Shown: piece by piece, positions 1 through 7,898 of the stretch
Position numbering within the stretch: position 1 is the first letter of the stretch
Layout of the letters: every line of letters begins with the position of its first letter
Source: an uncultured archaeon
Lineage (GTDB): Archaea; Asgardarchaeota; Heimdallarchaeia; Heimdallarchaeales; Kariarchaeaceae
NCBI GenBank assembly: GCA_964645535.1
Contig: CAZYCQ010000080.1
Coordinates: forward strand, 1 to 11,362
Length of the DNA stretch: 11,362 bases
Direction: 5' to 3'
The notes under the pieces: generated by a model
Told to the model about the DNA's origin: nothing
The model's database searches: none
Seen by the model: only the letters and a program-made list of their open reading frames with translations
Program-made: the position numbers and the translations under genes

Positions 1-196
1 CTTCGTTTAACCAATAGAGCCCAACCAAACTTAGCCAAAGGAAAAACAACAGGATTGAAAAAGGGTCTATTGTAAAAGGGGTGAAAAAATGAATATAGAA
101 CATTAAGATCAAATCTAAAAGCAATAACATCGTTAATAGATTCAAATATTTTGAAAGAATTGGATCATCGCCGTAAGCGGCCATTTCTATCATCAC
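1..196 (-). CDS. Possible membrane protein, N-terminal part only (runs off the window edge)
   Basis: Hand translation gives an open minus-strand frame from GTG196/ATG193 to base 1: MIEMAAYGDDPILSKYLNLLTMLLLLDLILMFYIHFFTPFTIDPFSILLFFLWLSLVGLYWLNE, with two hydrophobic stretches. AT-rich DNA can mimic hydrophobic ORFs. Confidence 0.35.
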   Translation of the reverse strand, partial: MMIEMAAYGDDPILSKYLNLLTMLLLLDLILMFYIHFFTPFTIDPFSILLFFLWLSLVGLYWLNE

Positions 197-576
197 AAAT
201 ATCCTAACTACTTTTTTGTTTTTTATGCCCTCCTCTTACATTAGTCTCCAGAACCGGAGGCCATTAAAACCATATTTGATTATGCCACATAAAAATGCAA
301 GAGTCAAGAATATCAAATCCTCGAAGTTCTGCAATATGTAAAACAACATCTTAAAACTATGAAGAAAACAAACCATAAAATCCCCAGTAACTGAAAAAGA
401 TGGCAATTTTATGTTCAGAATTGAATAGATTCCTATTTTTTGATAAAATTGGAATATCTTTGTTAATTAATTCCAACCAATATTGTTGAAAAAATCAAAA
501 AAACATACCCACCAATTTAATCTACATTTGTTCGAAATTAAAAACACTAAACAGTGAAAAAATCTATGCAATAACC

Positions 577-583
577 AAAAAAA
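577..583 (-). terminator. Oligo-U terminator of the tRNA
   Basis: T7 on the minus strand immediately after the discriminator base, as is typical of archaeal termination. Confidence 0.6.
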
Positions 584-658
584 TAGCGCCTGCGGGACTT
601 GAACCACGCGATCTCCGGGTTATGAGCCCGGCGAGTTGACCATCTACTCCAAGGCGCT
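584..658 (-). tRNA. tRNA-Met(CAU), initiator, archaeal type
   Basis: Reverse complement is AGCGCCT TG GAGT AGATGGTCA ACTC G CCGGG CTCATAA CCCGG AGATC GCGTGG TTCAAGT CCCGC AGGCGCT A. It has a 7-bp acceptor stem with A1:U72, three consecutive G:C pairs closing the anticodon stem, a CAU anticodon, discriminator A, no encoded CCA and no intron. Confidence 0.97.
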
Positions 659-730
659 CCATATTAGTTCCTCCGAAATCCGTAGATTTCTTGAGGAATG
701 TTTGTAGCAAATTTTCTTTCGGATTTGTGC

Positions 731-739
731 TATTTATAA
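731..739 (-). promoter_or_regulatory. Candidate TATA box for the tRNA
   Basis: TTATAAATA on the minus strand ~75 nt upstream of the mature 5' end, implying a ~50-nt leader. Confidence 0.4.
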
Positions 740-1021
740 TTTGCTCAAGCGACATGGTTTGACCTTGCGGGATGGTGCAAGAATTGGGTATAATAGATGA
801 AATGCCGAAGTGCAGAATGGTTAGCACACCATTTCGTTAGCGGTCATCCCGTTGGTTGTTTGGTTGGTTCTGACCGATTTTTGGAGTAGGTTGGCATTAG
901 GTGAACCAAAAAACGTATTTTGTGAATATTGCTTCAATTTCAAGATGAATTAAATTGACCGGTTAGAGCACCTCAGAGGTGAAGATGGCTTTGGCTGAAC
1001 TTGAGGGGGAACTTCGTGTTT

Positions 1022-2221
1022 TCATGGTTCAGTCCAGGAGCTGAAGGAATCGTTTGTGGAAATACATACCATCTTTTTGGAACGGGGTGACCGATCCGTA
1101 TGGTAGAGGACGCTCATTTGGTCATGACGGAGAAGCAAATCAGTCAAAGCCAGCCGTAAGGTTGTTTTTCCCATGCCGATGGCCCCTGCAATGACTCCCC
1201 CGTGATACAGGTCTTCCGGTTCAAGACGGTACGGAGCAACCTTGGTGTTCTTCAACTTCACATAGCCGACTTGAGTCCCTTTGTGGCCTTGGCTTGCTCG
1301 CGCCGATTGAGGTAAGAAGGGGGGATGTGGGAGCGGAACCAATTCGGGTTGGAAAAGGTGAAGCTTGGGCCAAACCCAAGCCCTTGATTCTGCCACCCCA
1401 CTGATTAGCCCTTTCAATTGATTTCGAGTGGCTCTTTCTGATGCCCACAAGCCACACTGGATGCGAACCAACGGAAGGTGATTGACCTGTCGCGTGGCAA
1501 CAAGCATTTCCCCGGTAATGATCCGATCAACTTTGGCGAAGCGGTAAAGCACTGCAAATGCAAATCGACTCTGAGGATTGAGGAGAACGAGCTTCTGGAA
1601 CAGGTCATTCAGGTCAGGCACATGGACAAAGTCAAGGCGTTTCACTCGCCGAGGCAGATTTCTGAATGGAACCGTCCGTCCTTGGGCTGCCACCGACTTG
1701 AGACTGCCCAGAATCTGATGCTTCAGGGTTGAAGGCAAATGGGGAACAAATCTCCGGGTTCTGCGATAGGCAACCAGATAGGAGAACTGATGGATATCAT
1801 GAAGGATCCAATAACTAAGCTCTGTCCCAATGGTTGAGGCAAAGGACGCAAAAGGTGGAGGATGTTCCATCTTTGCAGCAAACTCAACAAGTACTGCCAC
1901 TTCGGTCTGCCAAGTCAAAGTCAATTGGCGAATTGTCATTTGCCAATAGCTGAACCGAATACGATACCTGTAAGAAAGAAGACACAACCAAACGACAATG
2001 TCCACCCCATGCTGCGACACAACAAGTCTCATCTCATCTAGCCACGGATCAAACTCAGGGGCGAATTGAGGGAAATTCCAAAGGATATAGGCATAGATGA
2101 TCACTATGCCAAGCAGATGGCGGACCATCCAAGCTTTCCAACCCCATTTCCTAGGGGAGAAGTGGGAATCCGCCTCTTCCTTCTTTATCCAAGGAAAAGT
2201 TGAAGGAGTTTGTCGTCCCAT
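1022..2221 (-). pseudogene. Truncated membrane-anchored P-loop ATPase of the HerA/FtsK/VirD4-TraD/VirB4 superfamily (DUF87-like)
   Basis: Two N-terminal hydrophobic segments, then L-x-P-E-D-L-x-H-G-G-V-I-A-G-A-I-G-M-G-K-T-T (Walker A, ~1160-1186) followed by a helix and a strand. The frame ends ~45 codons later with no Walker B and no room before the tRNA for the rest of the domain. Confidence 0.7.
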
Positions 2222-2254
2222 ACAACATGCAATGGAATGGTTTAGTACAAAAGG

Positions 2255-2827
2255 TCATGAAGAGGGATTTGGAACCCTTCGTCGCCGATGCAATTTTCCC
2301 GCATAGGAGGTCATGATGGCAATGACATCCTCTACCCGAACCTGTTCCACCGGACGATCCTCCTTTTGATGGATCGAGATGAGCCTTGTGCCGAAAATTT
2401 GGCAGAACTGTCGGATCAGAGAGATGCCAAACCTTGCCAACCGATCATGATAGGTGACGATTATTGCCTTGGGTTGAAATATTGCAACAGCCTTGATCAT
2501 CCTTTTCAGGTTTCTTCGTTGATCGTTCAATCCTGAAGCAATATCAACAAAGACACGACAGTTTCCATACCCCTTTTCATTTGCATAGTCTCGAATGGAC
2601 TGCTTCTGCCTTTCAAGATCTGCACTTTGTTTATGGCCACTGACTCTAGCATAACCAAAAGCCAGCATGTTGCTTTCTTATTGATTTTGGAAACGGGAAA
2701 GCAGGTACCTACGATGTTCACCTTTTGTTCTTTTGTCCGCAGGAAATTTCCCGTTCCTGTCCCATCTCCTCATGGTTGTGACTGAAACCCTTAGTAAGCG
2801 GCTAGCCATTCCTATGCCAACATACAT
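2255..2827 (-). pseudogene. tnpA: IS607 TnpA serine transposase (MerR-like HTH plus serine recombinase domain) with an in-frame TAA
   Basis: ATG2827 gives MYVGIGMASRLLRVSVTTMRRWDRNGKFPADKRTKGEHRRY (IS607 N-terminal HTH), then TAA at 2680-2678, then the same frame continues ESNMLAFGYARVS...DLERQ...DIASGLN...DRLARFG...EDVIAIMTSYAGKLHRRR, the canonical IS607 catalytic domain. Confidence 0.92.
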
Positions 2828-2844
2828 AATGTGGTCAGGAAAAA

Positions 2845-2873
2845 GATATTTGGAAAGGTTTGGCTAGATTTGC
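2845..2873. repeat. 10-bp-periodic direct repeats at the IS607 left end (putative TnpA binding sites)
   Basis: gatatTTTG-like units: TTTG at 2849, 2859 and 2869, enclosed by the inverted repeat GTGGTC (2831-2836) / GACCAC (2874-2879). Confidence 0.6.
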
Positions 2874-2885
2874 GACCACTTATGA

Positions 2886-5597
2886 TCCACGGTTGAATCG
2901 TATGCGGTCGCCTTTACACAGGCAATTCAGTTGATCAGAAAGCAGTCGCTCATCCTTGAAGACATTCAGAAGGGATGTGACGGCCTGAGTCTGATTCTTC
3001 CCCATCTCACGGCAGAAGGCATTGATCCTCTGACTCGGAAGCTGCTCGGATCACTGCTCTCTTTGGGGATGAAGAACACCATGTAGGAGTTGAAACTGAC
3101 CGTCATGCATAGACCCTCGATTCGCGGGGTTGCCAAGTATGCAAGGGATATCCGTCCAAATTCAATCAAGAACCTGCTCTATGGCAATCCAACAACCTAT
3201 CCCGCTGCCGTCCGCATGAATTCGAAGGACAGCTTGTTCATCACCGATCTTGGATTTGGCAGACTGGATGCACTTGGACGTGATTGGAAAAGGATCGCCT
3301 CCGGGATGAACGTAAATGGGGAACTGTTCAGGATCGACAAGATTCGCAATGGACTTGCATTGACCTCGGAAAACGCCTTCAGACTTGCAACAGCGGAATT
3401 CAGGAAAGCTCTTGCCCTCAGGCTATTCGGGAGGGATTATGCAACATTGAAGAGGCAGGAACGCAAGGTGGTCTTCAGGATGATCACAGCCCTTGCAAAG
3501 AAATTTGAAAATTCCATTGCCCAGCATCAGCTCATCGAATGGATGCGGAGCGGCAGGTGGGTGAATGTCGAGCATCTCGGCTTTCTGCACCCTTACAACA
3601 GAAGTGCAGAGGTCATGGAGATAGTTGATCATGTTGACATTGCCAAAACCGGAGGAGCTCTAGAAATTACACTTCCTTTCTGGATTGAAAGCAGAATTTT
3701 CATGCTTCGAATAACTCCGACCACTCTGTTCAGAACCGAATGGGTTGACAACCAACTGAGGTTTGGATTCACCACCCACCTTGAAGAGGGGATGGTTAAG
3801 CCTGTACCCAAAAAATATCTCGACCTTACCTCGGTCATTGTCAAGGAGCCCCTACCTGATGGAAAACCTACAAGAACCTCCATGAGGATGATAAGGGAAC
3901 TGCAACAGAAGGTCTTCAGACTTGTTTTCAGAACAGATGGAATTGGACATCCCTCCAATTGGATTGATGGGTCCTTTATGCCAGAGTTGACCATATTGGA
4001 ATATGGAAACGCAACAACAGGTTTCCTGAAGAAGATGTTCCATTCCTCCCGAGAATATATACCCAAGGGTTTCGATGCGTTTAAAGGATACTCAACTGAA
4101 CTGTTCAGATTCACCTGGCAGAACTTCACTGGAGCGAAAGAACCTCTGAAGAAGGTGATACAGACCTCAACGGTCAATGACGCCTTTCCCGTTAGCTTTC
4201 CACAAGGGGTACAATGGGTCAAAATCCGAAGGTTGGGAAAAAGAGCACCCTCGGAACGAAATCGTGTTCTCTTCATCAATAGGTGCAGCCACTCAGTGAA
4301 AGTCAGATCCGTTTCAAAGTTCTCTTCTCTTCTGTTCTCCAAAAGAATTCGAAAACCTGAACTTCTCAAGGAGCGATTTTCAAAAATGGGTGGTGAAGAG
4401 AAAATTCGGCTGTTTCACAGCTTCGGCATTGGTCACCAATCAGGAAAAACATCGAGGGCCACTGGTGGCGGCATGCCAAGTCCCCTTGAATTTTCCACTG
4501 TTGATCCCCTCACCGGCACCCTGATCCCACAGAACCTCATCACCCTCGTTCAAGTGCAGGATGAAGAAGACGATATTGCATACTTCATGTTTCGCCCTCC
4601 GTCCCGCTACTCGAAAAAATTGGTCTCAAACAAGGAGCTGGATATTCCGACTGCACAAAAATTGTTGAATACCTTTTACTCCCTGAAGGAACGTGTCTGG
4701 GGACTGGCACCCCATTTTTGCGAACTGGCAGGATATCTCACGGAGGGTTCGGTTGCAGAACTGGTGACTCGGCACCAAATGCCTGCACATATGGCATTGA
4801 TCAGAGAGCTGGAACAGTTTGCCGCAGGGCATCAGGAACTGGTGAAGTTACAGTTCAAGAAGGAGTTCGATCACCTGAAGGTTGTCTATGTTTTTGGAGG
4901 ACCTGACTTCTCCGACAATCCACCACCAGACATCTTTTCCGTGAGTCAACTCCGCCTCACTTATGGACAATTCATCACCACTCCTGATGCAATAGGGTAC
5001 AAGAGTACCAATTTCAGGTTCGGTAAACAGGTCGAGATCTTCGAATCCCCGGAGGCATACCAGAAGTACGGAGCTACCTACTTAGAGGCCTTGCTCCGGC
5101 GGATCAGGAGTAGGCTGACACTGGATGCCGACCTCCTTGAGCAGAATCTCAGGGCGTGGAGGGATGCACCCGTCGAAACCTACAAGAACTCAAAAAATGG
5201 GAGGATTTCCATTCCCTTCAGCAGGGTAATGGATCTTCCTACAATAGCTGAACTGGCCATGCGGCAGCTGGCACCAGGACACACCATCCTGTATGAAATG
5301 AACGGCAAGCGGAGGATAGTCCGCATGACCGATTTTGCTTTTGAGAACTTTGTGGTCACTCCGATCTTCCTTGAGGAAGGACTCCTGAAGAACGGAACAC
5401 TTGAGTTCTTGATGGAGAAGTTCGGGGTGAACCTTTCTGAGGAACCGAATTATCTGAACACCATTCCACAGATGCTGGATCGGACAATCGAAAATGTGAA
5501 GGGTGATTGGAAGAGGGCATTGCAACTTGCAACCGACCCCCGTTCCATTGTCAGCCCCTTTGTCCGGCTGATGACCATAATTGTGGATCAACCTTGA
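2886..5597 (+). CDS. Large hypothetical protein, probably the 5'-truncated remnant of a longer gene; in-frame TAG at 3084-3086; possible C-terminal PD-(D/E)xK-like domain
   Basis: 835-aa ORF (3090-5597) with protein-like composition. The same frame is open upstream of the TAG back to 2886 (STVESYAVAFTQAIQLIRKQSLILEDIQKG...GMKNTM*ELKL), ending exactly at the IS607 junction. No family recognised with confidence. Confidence 0.8.
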
Positions 5598-6054
5598 CAT
5601 ACGTGTTGCGGAGCAATTGTCTTGATGAGCCTTGAAATGTTTTTGGCTTTGGCCATCAGGAATTTTATAGATTGATTGTGACAATCAATGATTTCAGGGG
5701 GAAAATCATCAATATCGAGAGAGATTTCCGAATTTGATTGCCCTTGGATAACAGCAATCCACATGGTCAGACACGGCAACAGGATCGAGAGCACTTGGCC
5801 TGTTCGTTCCCTATTGGGTTTTTTACATGCATTTCCTCAAAAGAGCTGACTAAAATTCAGGGAATATCTCGGATTACTATGACGAGCATTTTTCGATCCC
5901 TTTTTTCGATTGTCTGATTCAACATTTGTATTGAAACGAGGAATGGTTACCTTCATTGCTTCAATTTTGAACGTGATACTTCTTATTTTCATTATGCAAA
6001 GTATGATTGCTGGCTTTTTGCTAATCACCTACTATGGACTGTAGGAGGAATGTC

Positions 6055-6168
6055 ATGACAGACGTTGAATACCAGCAAATCATTGGAGGGCATCCGTTTG
6101 AACGCGAAATTGATTTCAATGGCATTCATTGTTTATGGAATTGGGAGAAAAGTGTTTCAAACATGTGA
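6055..6168 (+). CDS. Possible small ORF (37 aa) or gene remnant
   Basis: AGGAGG (6043-6048) 6 nt before the ATG; MTDVEYQQIIGGHPFEREIDFNGIHCLWNWEKSVSNM*. Confidence 0.25.
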   Translation: MTDVEYQQIIGGHPFEREIDFNGIHCLWNWEKSVSNM

Positions 6169-6379
6169 TATGAAAGGATAAGATGGACATGTTTTGGAGA
6201 AGACTATACTTGGTGTCCATAACAGTGTACGCAACACCGACGTAGCTCATTTCAAACCAAACAATCCCTTTGGTTCTTTTTATAGGGTTTTCCTCTGTAT
6301 TCCTATTTGTATCTGTCTGAGTTTTGAATGTTCAAGCGACCCAATTTGGAGCCTGTGAGGGAACTGGAAATTCAGAAAG

Positions 6380-7494
6380 TCAATCCAGTCCCAAAACATT
6401 GCGAATGATGGTAGCATCCTCAATTTGCGTCTGAGGTATTTCATCGGTATGCAACAGATCAGCATGCACGGTTGTGAAGGTAGTCGTGAACTGTTTCAGA
6501 ACCCGCTTGGCATGTTCCGTTATTTTCTCAGTTATCAGCAAGAACGCCAAATCTCCCCTGAATTCAAGGAGTACGACAAGATCTTGGAATACAATGGATT
6601 TGATTTCTCCAGAGACACCGAATGCCTCTTTCATCAAGGCAGAAATAGCGGTGATTGCCCCAGAGATCAAGGTAGTATCGCTTTGTTTTGGTAAAACATG
6701 TGTTGATAGACGGGAAGACCTGTACGATGGATCACCAATATCGAGATCAGTTTGTAAGGTTGGATGAATGCACTTTGATTTACCACCAACATTCCATAGG
6801 ACACAAGTAGAAAGCCAGTAGTAAGAGTAAGTCCTTGAATCACATAGATAAAGAGGATGAACATCTGATAATTCCCAGTTTGGAGAAAAACAGTTCCGGG
6901 AACGGAAACTATCGCGGTGAGCCAGATCGAGATGTAGAATCCCCATTTCATGATTGTGATTTGCTTTTTCTGATTTGGGTAAAATGCATTCTGTTCGGAC
7001 TGTTTCATTATTTTGTATGTCCAATAGCCAATGATCAGCATGGAAGGTGACAATGTCAGGCTTGCGGCATTCGACCATGCGAAATAGATTCGGCCGTCAA
7101 TAACAAATCTGTTGGTTATGACGGATATATCCCCAGTATTCAAGACAATGACCAACAGGGAGATTTGTGCCATGAATATCCCGATGGCAATCCCGGTTCG
7201 TTGGATAGAGTACTCACCATAGAAATGATACAAAAAGATCAGTAGGAAGATAAAGAATCCTGCCACAAGTATTGTAAAGAGTATCGCGATCAGATCTGTG
7301 TTGACTTGTGCATTTACCAATGGTAGGATTTGGATTATTGTCTGCAACATGGTAAAAAGCATCATAAGAGACAGATACAGCAAAGGAGTGATTTTTGTCC
7401 GGAGGTAATGCCTGAAGGACAAGAACGAGACCAACAACAGTACAACCGACTCAATCACTTTCAGGCCAATAGTAAATGTGACAAGAAAGGACAT
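6380..7494 (-). CDS. 7TM membrane sensor (HisKA_7TM-like) fused to a C-terminal longin-like domain; frameshifted at ~6682-6697
   Basis: ORF 6667-7494 has seven hydrophobic helices and ends in the first longin strands (LISILVIHRTGLPVYQHMF). The overlapping frame continues KQSDTTLISGAITAISALMKEAFG...IKSIVF...VLLEF...AFLLIT...LKQFTTTF, completing the beta-beta-alpha-beta-beta-beta-alpha longin pattern. Adding one base gives a single 371-aa protein. Confidence 0.85.
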
Positions 7495-7884
7495 GACCTT
7501 TAATGCATATCCACCAAAAAAGTCATCTCGAGGAATCGATCATTCACCCAAAATTTATTTTGACATATCGTACACCCCTTTTGACAGAACCCAAAAAAGT
7601 CGAGAGGATCATGATCTGATTTTACATCCCAAACGCAGGCATTCAGAGAGCAAACAGTGTTCTTGGATTTGATAGACGGAATTTTTTTGCGGATAATTGG
7701 GGGAATATAAAGACTGTTCATGAAGAGATATCCGAATTTTCAGAATTCTCCTGTTTTGATGAAGACCAATAGGTCTGGGAAGTCCTTTGGGGATTCAACG
7801 TCACATTTTGACCGGAAAAACCGTTGCCAAATCGGTTGAATTTTGATTTGAGAAAATCTTACTTAACGACCTACTCTCTTGTTT

Positions 7885-7896
7885 GAGAAAGAAAAA
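7885..7896 (-). terminator. Probable oligo-U terminator of the protease operon
   Basis: TTTTTCTTTCTC directly after the TAA of 7899-8504. Confidence 0.45.
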
Positions 7897-7898
7897 GC

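Larger units (their letters stand above)
2189..2888 (-). mobile_element. IS607-family element, short TnpB-less derivative
   Basis: Contains tnpA (see next feature). The left end has TTTG motifs at exact 10-bp spacing (2849, 2859, 2869) and a GG (minus strand) at 2888-2887 where the flanking ORF frame begins. Similar motifs at ~2198-2212 and a GG at 2190-2189 suggest the right end, which is less certain. Confidence 0.7.

Noticed and set aside
564-827. 87-aa minus-strand ORF
   Set aside because: It runs through the tRNA gene; spurious translation.
881-889. TTGGAGTAG matching tRNA positions 7-15 as a possible att remnant
   Set aside because: Only 9 nt, inverted rather than direct, and from the 5' part of the tRNA; compatible with chance.
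3629-4369. 246-aa antisense ORF (also 5190-5684 and other short overlapping ORFs)
   Set aside because: Shadow frames opposite the long plus-strand gene; no recognisable motifs.
236-6168. Genetic-code reassignment suggested by several in-frame stops (TAA 238, TAA 2680, TAG 3084, TGA 6166)
   Set aside because: All three stop types are involved, and each also ends intact genes here (TAA 7899, TAG 9917, TGA 8514 and 10628). Local pseudogenisation explains them better.
6700-7078. N-terminal ~125 aa of the 232-aa ORF 6380-7078 as a real protein
   Set aside because: It is the off-frame reading of the 7TM coding region. Only the part after ~6695 is the true longin continuation.
7500-7721. 73-aa Cys-containing ORF just upstream of the 7TM gene
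   Set aside because: No recognisable metal-binding family pattern, and it overlaps the likely regulatory repeats. It cannot be supported from sequence alone.
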